From positions 83,452,001 through 83,516,000 of the forward strand of contig OX597822.1 of the NCBI GenBank assembly GCA_951406725.2: DNA of 64,000 bases, read 5' to 3'. The translations under genes and the position numbers were made by a program. Below are positions 12,383 to 25,420 of this stretch, piece after piece. Every line of letters begins with the position of its first letter. Position 1 is the stretch's first letter. Below the pieces are notes generated by a model. It was not told the DNA's origin and did no database searches. It was given only the letters and a program-made list of their open reading frames with translations. Source of the DNA: Octopus vulgaris (taxonomy: Eukaryota).

Positions 12383-14496
12383 TCATCCACATATATATTA
12401 TATATGCAATGTAGTCATTGGCATCTATATAAAAATACATTATAAATATAAAAAATATATATACACAAATACTATATGTAATATAAAGCAACCACACACA
12501 AGCAACCATATGCACACACACACAAACGTACACACACTTACACAGACACACACACATATAATATCAGTCTACGGAGTAATCAATGGCAGTGCAGTATTAT
12601 GTAATATATGTATGTGATTGAAGACTCAGAAAAGCTGAGCGACAAATTTTTCTGTGAGAAGTAAATAAAGCGTAAAGTCAAGAGGTGTGAGAATGTGAAA
12701 ACATTTAATTTTCCATTTGACATCCATGTGATTACATCCGTTTCGTAACATTCTTCATGCAGTATTAATTTCAATATGCTAATTGTTACACGTACATGTT
12801 TGAATCAATAAGTATGCCCAGCATTAATTAATACAGTTCTATATTCACAACTTAATGCAAATAAAGACAACATTGCATCAGACCGCATCTACGTAGACAA
12901 GACGCACATATATCCAGATATTTCATAGAATTATGCTTGACATCGACTTACCGTCTCCTTTACCGAAAGCATCGCGTCCGAGATGTTCGAAACATTTCTC
13001 AGCATTTTCATATAAAATCGAGGCGGCCATTATTTTAAAATTATGCCAACGAATTATTCATATATTTATATCCTTATCAATGTAGATATGTGAAAATACA
13101 TTTATAATTCAGTCTTGCGTCTTGTTGGTTCTTTTTCTCAACGGGTTTTTCAATATCTGGAAAAGACAAAACAAATTTCAACGATAAAGAAAAACGAATA
13201 ACCCAGTGACTAAAGATATATTTGAGTACACACGCTCATACAAACACATGAATATACCGCACATACACACAACACACACATACACACAACACACACATAC
13301 ACACAACACACACACATAAAGACGAACGGTTATCTGGTATAGCACCAATTATTACGTTTAAAGTCGCTGCGGTGATTCGAAACTGAAGCGCTAGGTAACC
13401 GGTCATATACCATGAGCGAACCAAAGTAGTTTCACGGTTTATTAAGCATGCGTGTAGCCATGGCGGGATTTTGTTTTCTAGAATGTTTTTTTACCGTATA
13501 AAAAAAAAGTCGTTTTGGCACGTAATCTCCTTGCAGAGCGTTGAGATTTATTCACACGTCTCACCTCTTGCCAGGCAGAATATTGAAAGCAGTTCAGCGA
13601 CATGGGCTTCCTTTGTTCTCACTCTGATGATTCCATATATAAAGTAAACGGCTAAAACAGACGACTTAGGACATATGTCGAAGGACCTCTGCCGCCACGA
13701 AGATAATGCAGTTAGTTTTAGCTATGCTGGGCCGACCACATGTTGCCGTACAGATAGCTTCTTGTAATATCAGAATAGTAGTTCTCTCCCAATCTCCCTA
13801 ACTATTGCTGTTGTTAATTGTAAATGGCCAACGTAGATTGTCTTTATGAGCGGCAATAAATGATCCAGTTAACCGTTCGTAGGTAGTGTTTAAGTTATTG
13901 CTTTAAGTTACTGCCAAATAAAATATTTTCATTCACCAATTCCACCACGGCACAACAACCAAACAGCGCCCGTGGCGACAGAGTCTTTATTATGACGTGA
14001 ACATAGTACAATCATGTACGTAGCACGCACATACACAACACATTTTCTGTAATCTTACGGATGTTATGCATACGACATATCTCACATCAAAATAAAGATT
14101 CTTATGGAAACAATTGTCGCAATACCAGATAATCCATTCGTCCGTTTTTATTATGCTTAAGAATTCAATCATCGTTGGATCCTATTCCATGTTATTGGAT
14201 CTATGGATTACTTAACAAGGGAGGACATTCTTTCACTAATACATTCCGTGCTATGATAATGCATTACTTAACTGTTTTAGGTTATTCTGTTAAGCCAGTA
14301 ACGGTGGCGAGCTTCACTTCGATATGCCTCGATCCTCCATGGATCCCCTATTATCAACAATATGTATGTGCATGCCTCTGTGTGTGTGTGTGCGTTAGTA
14401 TTTGTGCATGTTGAATCTGGACGTCTGCATTTATGTATGTATGTATATAGGTATTAATGCATATGTGTATGCAAACATATATACGTTCACACACAC

Positions 14497-14551
<55 letters not shown>

Positions 14552-14692
14552 CTTATATAATATATATATAAGTATATACATATATGCATGCATACCTAAT
14601 TACATACATACATAGCATTGTTACTAGTTAAGATAATCAGAGCATACGTAGCGGAGAATATGATTAACACCAATATATACACACATTTACAA

Positions 14693-14852
14693 CTGTAAAT
14701 GTAATATGGGACAATTATTCGGTAGCCATGATAAAACTCGGAGTTTTATCATGGCTGTCGAATAATTGTCCCATATTACATTTACAGATAAATTCATCTA
14801 TTTACATAATATCGAGGTCCCTTTCTTTCTTTTGTCCTCTTACCTTTTTTAT

Positions 14853-14855
<3 letters not shown>
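14693..14855 (+). repeat. Near-perfect 95-bp palindrome (14693-14787, axis 14740) plus an unpaired tail running into (TA)n; same family as 47050-47406
   Basis: ctgtaaatgtaatatgggacaattattcggtagccatgataaaactc-g-gagttttatcatggctgtcgaataattgtcccatattacatttacag. The tail segment tctatttacataatatcgag is shared with 47349-47368. Confidence 0.92.
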
Positions 14856-14889
<34 letters not shown>

Positions 14890-14925
14890 ATAGATACATA
14901 CATAGATAAATAGATAGATAAATAA

Positions 14926-15060
<135 letters not shown>

Positions 15061-15790
15061 TTTAATTCCTACGTATTTTTCACCATTGCAGCTACGCACG
15101 TTACACCATTGCAGTTATTTGGAACTCAGTATTGGATGTTCCAAGTGTATTTGGGTGCTTAACCGCAATGGCTTATCAAGGAAAAACTTTATTGCATCCG
15201 TTAGAGAAATCTCTGTAAAAGAATGCAATAAAGTGTCCCTCTGATCATCCATTGCAGTGAGGGCAATGCACAGGCAGGAAACTGATATGGAGTTGAGACG
15301 GCATGCATAAAAACACGCACGCAAATACACGTACGTACGTATTTATTTGAAGATAGACGTTGGACCTAGAACAAGCGTGAATTTAACTTACACATATATG
15401 GAAAATAGTATGCTAGACAAATATTGTGGGGGCACATGTCTTGCAGTTTATATTGTTTGCTTAGATCTTGCAGAAGAATAACAAATAGCATAAGAATAAC
15501 AAACGAACACCTCGATTCTTCAAAAGCTTCGATACAGATTTGTTGATACTTATATGAAACAAACTTGTTGCAATTTCTGACAACAAAAGCAACAGCAGTA
15601 ATAACAACAACAACAAAATAATGATAATAAAAACAACAACAACAATAATAATGATAATAATAATAATAATAATAGTCACGGTAATCCTAATAACAACAAT
15701 AACATGCATATTTAATCATGTTCATAAATTATGATTAAATATAAACACGTGTATATGTATAAGATATTATGAATAGCCATGTATGTATAT

Positions 15791-15834
<44 letters not shown>

Positions 15835-15975
15835 ACACATACTATACGCTTGAATTTACTTACATACATATATATATGTTTGTGTATGTGTGTGTGTGTG
15901 CATGTGTCTACGCGTGCGCGTATCTGCGTGTACTTGTATACTTATATACGCGTAGATTTTACGTGTCTGTCTGTC

Positions 15976-16010
<35 letters not shown>

Positions 16011-16177
16011 AATATATGTGAAATAAATAAATACAAATAAATAAATTGGTTGTGTGTGTCTACATATACATACATATTATATTATATTAAATCTATAATA
16101 TATACATATATATATATACACACATACACACACAGGGAGACATATATAAACTGATAGATCAATAAATAAATAGATGA

Positions 16178-16269
<92 letters not shown>

Positions 16270-16582
16270 GTAGGTATGAGAAAGTAAACATATTTAGGTA
16301 ATAAATCTGCGGGCGAATCTACGGGAAACGGCGCCAAGAGGACATAAATAAATGAAAGACTTTGAGTTGGTAGACAAAAACTCCGTGATTAATGGAAATA
16401 CTGAATTGATAATTCAATGTGTCGATGCTACTACACCCGCATACACACACGCACCTACGCACAGCACCTACACAGGCTTACATATATAGGCACAGGTGTT
16501 GCTGTTTGGTAAGAAGCTTGCTTTCCAATCACATGGTTCCGGGCTCAAACCCACTGTGGATTTGAAAGAAGCCCGTCATGTA

Positions 16583-16618
<36 letters not shown>

Positions 16619-17196
16619 TGTATGTATGTATGTATGTATGTATGTATGTATGTATGTATGTATGTATGTTTGTATGTATGTTTGTTTGTATGTATGTATG
16701 TATGTATGTATGTATGTATGTATATATATATATACACAGATGGATAGACAGATAGATAGAGAGATAGAGGAGAGATAGAGATAGAGAGAGAGGTAGAGAA
16801 TGTGAACCTGTGATGCTCAATATAGAATACACTAAACAGTGCACAGATGGTTTAAACTTGCAATCCAAAATGTTCCCGAGGACTAAGTCCGCGGGGGTAG
16901 AGAGTGGCCATAGGAGAAATCCTGGTGAACACACATAGGGATAATAATGCATATAAACTAACAAAACCGCTTGGGCTAAGATATATAGGGAAAGCAAAGA
17001 CCGAAAATATTCAGGCGATGAACATTCATGCATTAGACGATACATAACGCAATAGTAACAAAGCAAACTTACAAACTGTGCAAAGATACAACAAACTAAG
17101 TAGAGGCTCGCAATTGCGTCATAAAGTTTCGCAAAAAGTAAAACAGTAGTGAAACATTAAGTAAATCCGGCCGCCTTCTTCAGGGAGGATATATAT

Positions 17197-17560
17197 CTTT
17201 TATATTTTACTTGTTTGAGACAATAGACCGCGGCCGTCCTTGGACACCACATTGAAGAATTTTTAGTAGAATTAATCGACACCAGTGCTTAATTTTTAAG
17301 CCTGGTACTTATTTTAATTGTGTGTTTTGACGAACTGCTAAGTTGTGATGGCGTAAATACACGAGCACCTGTTGTCAAGCGCAGGTGGCGCACAAACACA
17401 CGCACAAAGACAAACACACATGTATACGATCTTCTTTCACTTTCCATCTACCAAATACACTCAGAAGGCTTTGGTCGGCCCGTGGTTATAAAGAAGAGTC
17501 TCGCCCAAAGTGCCACACAGTGGGACTGAACCCGAAACTATGTTGCTAGTTCTCACTACA
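17197..17560 (-). mobile_element. CORE-type SINE, diverged, near full length
   Basis: Reverse-complement match to the head/core (cagtgggactgaaccc) and the tail (ttttacttgttt...gcggcc) of the 31004 copy. Confidence 0.75.
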
Positions 17561-17602
17561 CAGATAGGCCCATATATGGGTGTGTGCATGTGTGCGTGTG
17601 CG

Positions 17603-17655
<53 letters not shown>

Positions 17656-17881
17656 ATATATGTATACATGAACTATTCTGTGCAGATATATATGCATTCA
17701 CGGTGACACTTATACATACATACATAGAAATAATGTAGACGGAAATATACCTGTCAATATTGTGGAAGTTTGTTTTTAATATTTTCACATTTTTCCGAAA
17801 AGCACTCGTTTATATATACATAAACATAGTCATATATACATATATAAGCGTATAAATTTATATTTATAAATAACTATATAC

Positions 17882-17914
<33 letters not shown>

Positions 17915-17988
17915 ACTATATCTGCATATATATGAATATATATGAATAAACATATGTTTGTATGTGAAAACATATATAGATGTATATG

Positions 17989-18063
<75 letters not shown>

Positions 18064-18127
18064 GTATGTATGCATGTGTATATATATATATATACTTTAT
18101 TTTAAGCAGCAGAAAATTCAACAAAAT

Positions 18128-18165
18128 CTGTTACTCTGAGTTTCTCGTTGCCGTTCATCAGACAG
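18128..18165 (-). ncRNA. Minimal type I hammerhead ribozyme motif (family B)
   Basis: Minus strand reads CUGU-CUGAUGA-a CG gcaa CG a-GAAA-CUC a GAG-UA-ACAG. Stem I is CUGU/ACAG, the core is intact, stem II is short with a GNRA loop, stem III is palindromic, and the predicted cleavage triplet is GUA. It sits in an 80-bp island flanked by (TA)n. Confidence 0.8.
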
Positions 18166-18172
18166 TTTTTGC

Positions 18173-18203
<31 letters not shown>

Positions 18204-19061
18204 TTATATACATATATATATATATGCTTATATACATATGTGTGTGTGTGTGTGTCTATGTATATATGTATGTATATATTTTGCGCACATATAAACATTG
18301 AATATTATTGCAGTAATTGAAAGGCTGATTTAAACTGCTGTCAACACAAAGACAGCGTTCCCAACCGAACAGAAATACAATTACCATCTAAAGCGTTTAT
18401 AACAGATTTTCATACAAAGAAGTATATATATATATATACTTATATAACCACAAGATGCACAATCATAGGCATATACATATATATGTATACGTATATACAT
18501 ATATATAAGTTTTAAATAACAATATATATATATATATGCATATATATATATATATACATATATATATTCTGTTACAAATATGCAAATATGCACAGAATAG
18601 CGTAAAACAAACACTGACTCCGGAACGAACCTACGTATGTTTATAGTTCTTTGCGATTGAGTATATATTCGTGCATAGAATGCTAAAGATGCTTGAATAT
18701 TTCCAGGAGTTTGAAAAAATATATAGATTCAGATGTCTTATTGATTCTTTCAAGATTTTCTAAATAATATCGTATTTTTCTGTTCGGTTAACAATCAAAT
18801 GATTGTTATTCAAACAAAACCGCTTCAGGAAATGGTGGTTTGATTACAAAGAGAACATTATTACCATATGTGTACACTCCTTTTAGGTGTGTTTACATTT
18901 ACATCATCACGCACGCACGCACGCACGCATACATACGAATACATACGCACACGGACGCACACATTGACAAATAGACAGATAGATACATAGACAAATACAT
19001 AGATAGTAATGATGATTGTTACAGATACATATTCTCATACAAAAGACAGATATTAAATATT

Positions 19062-19095
<34 letters not shown>

Positions 19096-19120
19096 TGTAT
19101 CTATGTATGCATATGTAATA

Positions 19121-19188
<68 letters not shown>

Positions 19189-19223
19189 CGTATTTGTGTG
19201 TGTGTATGTATATACATATATAC

Positions 19224-19657
19224 ATATATAAACGCAAGTTGTCTGTTTGTGTCAATTTGCCAGCTACACCCGATAACGAATTTTCGTTAAAAACTTTGCA
19301 AAGATGCTAAAGTAACATCCAGATTGTTACTAGGTTCATTCCAGTTTAATAAATATCTATAATTGGATGGCTAGGGCTCCTAGAAGCACCCCGCATACAT
19401 AACCAATATATTTTCCTTTATCACCCAAGGGAAATGACCCATTCATTTTCCTTTGATTACCCTAAACACTACTAAGATCAAAGTTAATGGGCAATGGATG
19501 AACATTGGTAAGAGACGTGTCGTACCCTACAACCCATTGCTATCTAAAACATTGCAGGTCCATGTTAATGTTGAGTAATGCAGATCTATAAGAAGCGTTA
19601 AATATGTATGTAAATACATCAATAGAGATGTCTTTACGGTCTGGTATAATCGACTAG
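19224..19657 (+). mobile_element. Possible decayed non-autonomous Helitron
   Basis: Starts tatatataaa...gttgtctgtttgtgtc and ends ...ggtctggtataatcgaCTAG-T. The terminal hairpin is degraded. Confidence 0.4.
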
Positions 19658-19690
19658 TTCCCTCCCCCCCCAAATTGCAGGTGTTGTGCC

Positions 19691-19758
<68 letters not shown>

Positions 19759-19971
19759 CATTAGTATTATTATTATTATCATTATCATTGTTATTATTAT
19801 TAGGGAAGAGCAGCGCATGCTATCAAAGTGACGCAGGTGCACAAATATACGAGCCTCATGTCGTTAAAGATTTGTGTCTTATGCTGAAACTATTAACATC
19901 TTAGTGTACACCTATTGGCCCTTCACTCTTATGCAGGCGTGTATGTGTGTGTATATGTGTGTGTGTGTGTT

Positions 19972-20012
<41 letters not shown>

Positions 20013-20234
20013 ATACATTCTATAGGTATCTGTGGATGTGCGCATATATCTTGTTCAGGTAATTCACATCACCTGAAGCAGGTATGTATGCAAAACAAAG
20101 AGAGAGGGAGAGAGAGGGTGGGCGAGAGGAAGGGCGAGAATAAAAGAAAGAATTGTATTTTGAAAGAATTATTCAGTAAATTGTGGTATGATATAAGCAC
20201 TGTAACCAGTTCGCTTTCATCTGAAATGTTTTGT

Positions 20235-20430
20235 TTAGGCAGCGAGTTGGCAGAATCGTTAACACGCCGAGCAAAACGGATGGTCACATTTTACCCGTCT
20301 TAAAGTCCTCAGTTCAAATATTGCCAAGATGACCTTGTTTCTTCCTTTCGGGAACGATAAGAGATGTACGAGTTATGCACTGGAATCGATGTAATCGATT
20401 CCCATCCCATAATTGCTGGCCTAGAGACAA
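20235..20430 (+). mobile_element. Meta-domain-type SINE, diverged
   Basis: aggcagcgagttggcagaatcgtta...cagttcaaat...cttcctttcggg. Confidence 0.7.
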
Positions 20431-20833
20431 TGCGTAAAACCTGATATAATTGATCTGTCAAATATTTTCACGGGGCGGAAGTATATGATTAAATGCAAAA
20501 GTTTGTGTAATGTCTGGTAACAGACTGTATGTTATTAATGCTCATGCACAACTAACCGAAATAGATTGGAATCTTACTGTCTAATTTTAAGCAGAGCAAT
20601 TAGGAATTGAATATTTCAAACTAACATCTCTCATTTTATGTATTTATAACTGTGTTTCATAGCACTTCCATACAGGGATCCTTACTACACGCATAGGTAT
20701 GCGCACACATACTCATTAATTATATGTAAAATGAAAAAAAACTATATATATATATATATAAATATATACATCAGCACATACACATATATACAACTGTATA
20801 TATACAAGAATGCATGTACATATGTTTGATACC

Positions 20834-20887
<54 letters not shown>

Positions 20888-20888
<1 letters not shown>

Positions 20889-21234
20889 ATAAAGGATCAT
20901 GGGTGAGGCCAAAACAATGCAAAGTCAAATCAAGGTAAATCACAAGAAAACAAATACCATAAATTAATGTAGACTCACCTTGTGTTCAATATTTCGGTGG
21001 GTTATGACCCCATTTTCAAGAAAATATACGAATGTTACCAATGTGCACATTCGTTTATTTTCTTGAAAATGAGGTCATAACCTCGAAATATTGAACAGAG
21101 GGTGAGTCAACATTAATTTATATATTTGTTTTCTTGTGATTTACCTTGTATTTACTTCGATTCTTTCTGGCCTTAGCTACGATCCTTTATATAATATAGT
21201 CTACACAATGCTTCATAGTAATTATTCAATTATA

Positions 21235-21240
<6 letters not shown>
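20888..21240. repeat. Fold-back element (about 304 bp, 11-nt loop) plus tail, between (TA)n tracts, with an HHR-like motif in each arm
   Basis: Ends tataaaggatc / gatcctttata. Inner arms caaggtaaatcacaagaaaacaaata / tatttgttttcttgtgatttaccttg. Centre cgaatgt-taccaatgtgc-acattcg. Confidence 0.88.
21060..21095 (+). ncRNA. Minimal hammerhead variant with U3-A8 core covariation (family C)
   Basis: UUC-UUGAAAA-u-GAGGU caua ACCUC-GAAA-UA-UU-GAA. A mirror copy lies on the minus strand at 20985-21022. Confidence 0.6.
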
Positions 21241-21293
<53 letters not shown>

Positions 21294-21295
<2 letters not shown>

Positions 21296-21456
21296 CGTAG
21301 GGGTGGTGGTATAATAAGAAGCTTGTTTCCCAACCATATGGTTTTGGGTTTAGTCCAACTGCGTGGCACCTTGGGCATGTGTCTTCTACTATAGCCTCGG
21401 ACCCACTTAAGGCTTGTGACTGGATTTAATAGACGGAAGCTAAAAGAAACCCGTCG

Positions 21457-21515
<59 letters not shown>

Positions 21516-21522
21516 TTATCTA

Positions 21523-21570
<48 letters not shown>

Positions 21571-21800
21571 AATATGTATGTATGCATGTATTTGCGTTTC
21601 TGTGTTTGTCCCCATCATCGCTTGACAACCGATGTTCGTGTGTTTACATCAGCCGTAACCGAGCTGTTCGGCAAAAGAGGCCGATCGAATAATTACTAGG
21701 TTTACAAAGAATAAGACTTGGGGTCGATTTGTTCGACAAAAGACGGTGATCCAGCATGGCCGCATTCAAATGACTAAAACAAGTTAAAGAATGAAAGAAT
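21294..21800 (+). mobile_element. CORE-type SINE (octopus OR-like), full length, with internal (TATC)n/(TA)n
   Basis: tRNA-like head, gtggcaccttgggcatgtgtcttctactatagcctcgg, an internal microsatellite, and a LINE-like tail ccagcatggccgca...aaagaat. Confidence 0.9.
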
Positions 21801-21927
21801 ATAATAATCATAGGATAGTAGTAGTAGTAGCAGTAGTAGTAGTAGTAGTAGTAGTAGTGGCAGCAGCAGCAGCAGCAGAAGTAGTAGTAATAACAATAAT
21901 AATAATAGTGATGATGATGAGGATAAC

Positions 21928-21970
<43 letters not shown>

Positions 21971-22056
21971 TAAATCCATGGAGGGAATTTATAAATATTT
22001 TAATGCAACGCTACGCGCGATTCCACAAGCTGATTCCATCCTTGGATTATTATTAA

Positions 22057-22144
<88 letters not shown>

Positions 22145-22296
22145 ATCATTACTCTATTTATACAACATTATATCGTCACAGCTCTGTGCGGCTTCAAAAG
22201 CTGTTATTGACAGTTGGTATCCTTAGGCTTTTGCCGGCATAATAAAATAGGAGCTTTTATATGCATATTCAAAACGTTCCCGGAAACGAACTTAAA

Positions 22297-22341
<45 letters not shown>

Positions 22342-22437
22342 GAGAGAGAGAGGGGGAGAGAGAGAGAGAGAGGAAGAGAGAGAGAGAGAGAAATGTATAC
22401 ATGAATATATATGAATATATATATATATATATTTAAC

Positions 22438-22470
<33 letters not shown>

Positions 22471-22513
22471 CATACATCCATACACACATACACGCACAAA
22501 CACACACACACAC

Positions 22514-22581
<68 letters not shown>

Positions 22582-22583
<2 letters not shown>

Positions 22584-22870
22584 AGGCGCAATGGCCCAGT
22601 GTTTAGGGCAGCGGACTCGCGATCTTATGATCGCTGTTTCGATTCTCAAACCGGGCGTTGTGAGTGTTTATTGAGCGAAAACACCTATAGCTCCACAAGA
22701 CTCCGGCAGGGGATGGTGGCGATCCCTGCTGTACTCTTTCGCCACAACTTTCTCTCACTCTTTCTTCTGTTGGCCTGCTCGCTTAGCCAGCGTGGTGCCG
22801 TCATTTTAAGGCTAAAACAATGCGAAGCGCATTGTGATCAGCGATGTGTAGCAACATGTGATCACGGTGA
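22582..22870 (+). mobile_element. tRNA-derived SINE with the Nin-type family head but a different 3' module
   Basis: Matches the 28687-29062 family as far as ...ctttctctcactct (about 22760), then diverges. Confidence 0.8.
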
Positions 22871-23733
22871 TATGTATAGATACATATGTATATATAAAGA
22901 TTCCGTCCAAGAGAAACTTCCCTTGATTCACGTGAATTTACGAGAACTCCCGTGACCTAAACGAGACTGTTTTGCCTAAATGAAGGCGAACACCTTTGTC
23001 CCTGTGATCGGCTTTAAAGATTCTTAAGACATTAGGATATGTTCCTACTTTTCTCAATATGAAGCAAATGGTAGCTTTTAATTCACCAACAAAGAAATTA
23101 TATCTACCAATGCAGTGTTGATCACTCATTTGCAGTGTTCGTCATTTCCACACACACACACACACACACACATTGCGCATATATAAATATATATACCTAC
23201 ATATACTAAAGAGACTACTCATAGACGCACACATTTATAATATTCTCACAAAATCTTATTAAATATTTTTCGTTGACTTCATTTAGTCCATTTCGATATC
23301 TTTTCTGTCTTCGTCTTCACCACCGTACATCTCACCACCGCACACCATATATTTATATCGCTGTGCACAGCTTGCCTTCTAGTTTCTGTTTGTTGTTCCA
23401 CAGCCGATTACCATCGTCCTTCCTTAAAGCTAACGCAATTCTATTTCACTGATAAATAACTAAACACATTTAATTATGTTTACAACTCTTCAAATTTCTA
23501 TCCTTTATCCATCTCCAATATATAGTCTAACGCAATCGTATGTTCTAAAATTTTGTTTTATTATATCCTTTGTTAGCCTCCCTCGATAATCAACATAATA
23601 AGTCATTCAGATAAGATATGATGCAGTCACAAAACATAGGCTTTTAAATAAGATCTATTGAAATTATTTTGAACTATCGCAGGGTAAGCATATACACACG
23701 TTTTTATGTGTGGTTCTCTCTCTGTCTCCCTTA

Positions 23734-23808
<75 letters not shown>

Positions 23809-23828
23809 CCTGTTTTTCTTTTGATAAA

Positions 23829-23866
<38 letters not shown>

Positions 23867-23986
23867 CATGTATACATACATATACATATACATATACAGT
23901 TAGAATTTACAACAAAACAAAAGACAAAAACTGGTGTGTAAACAACAAACAGACGTATTAGTTTAACGCTCGGGAAGTGAAAAAGT

Positions 23987-24022
23987 CTTTTGCGTTTCGA
24001 ACCTACACTCTTCAACAGAAAG
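23987..24022 (-). ncRNA. Degenerate minimal hammerhead-like motif (family D)
   Basis: Minus strand reads CUUU-CUGUUGA-a-GAGU guag GUUC-GAAAC-GC-A-AAAG. All stems are present but core position A6 is U and U16.1 is C. It lies in a 190-bp island between (TA)n tracts. Confidence 0.45.
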
Positions 24023-24454
24023 GAACACAGAAATAAACAGGGAGAGAAAAAAAAAAGATTTAGTGGCTACCGATCTATCATGGCGAATATATATATATAT
24101 ATATGTATAAAGGCAAGCAACAGGTTGCTTAGCCACATACCAAAAAAATTAGAAATAGCAGTCAAAGACTGCTTATTTCTATTTTCTACAAATAAGACTC
24201 CACATACGACATATCCCTGTAATTCACATATGCAAAACAGAAGGAAGAAAAAACGAAAACAAAGTCTAACAGTTATTTACGAACTGTTGCGTGCCTTTTT
24301 TTATTTATATACAAAATATATATTGAACTTTTACAGAAGTTCCTACCGTTAATGGTTATATTTACATGCCGAAATCTACCAGTAAATAATTGTTGGTTTT
24401 TTAAAAAACCATTAAAGCTATTGTTTACTCTTATTATATTATATTATATTATTT

Positions 24455-24518
<64 letters not shown>

Positions 24519-24586
24519 GAAATGGATAAATGAATTATCTTGTTACGGATTTTTCAAAAGATAACCGATACCTGGGTAGCAAAATA

Positions 24587-24627
<41 letters not shown>

Positions 24628-24661
24628 GTACTACGAGGAGAATAGAACTGAAAAAATAAGC

Positions 24662-24757
<96 letters not shown>

Positions 24758-25374
24758 GTATGTATTAATATATATATATATACATATATACATATACATA
24801 TGTGTGTGTGTTTGTGTTGGTGTGTGTGTGTGTGTTGGTGTGTGTGTGTGTGTTGGTGTGTGTGTGTGTGATGGTGTGTGTGGAGAAAATATTGTGTAGG
24901 AGTCGTTGCTTGGAGAAATTGTGTATTGTTAACGAAAACATAAAGCAGAACAAACAAAATAATTGTCCTCATATGATCTCTACTTGCCATGCTTTAGGAC
25001 AGAATCTCTAGCTAGACAGAAAAACAGGCGTAAATTGGTGATTGGGAAAGAGAGACGTGAATCATTAGTATTTTTCAATGAAAATAGGCCAAAATAAAGA
25101 AAGCATACCTAACACTGTAAAACAGATGGATAGTGACATTAGAGTTTAGAAGAGTCGTTCTTGAGCGAATGAGAATATTAGCTCTGTGATACAGAAATTA
25201 GTGTGGTCTGTGAGAGAACTGAATATGAAAAGAATGGTAGCAGGTTTGAATAGGCTTGGGAAAGTGATTGGAAAGAGAGATTAGCATTCTGGGAATGCAA
25301 ATCAGAGTAATGTGAGTGAGAATGTCAGAAGTAGAGAGAGAAATGGATGGAGAGATCGGAGAGAGAAATGAAAG

Positions 25375-25420
<46 letters not shown>

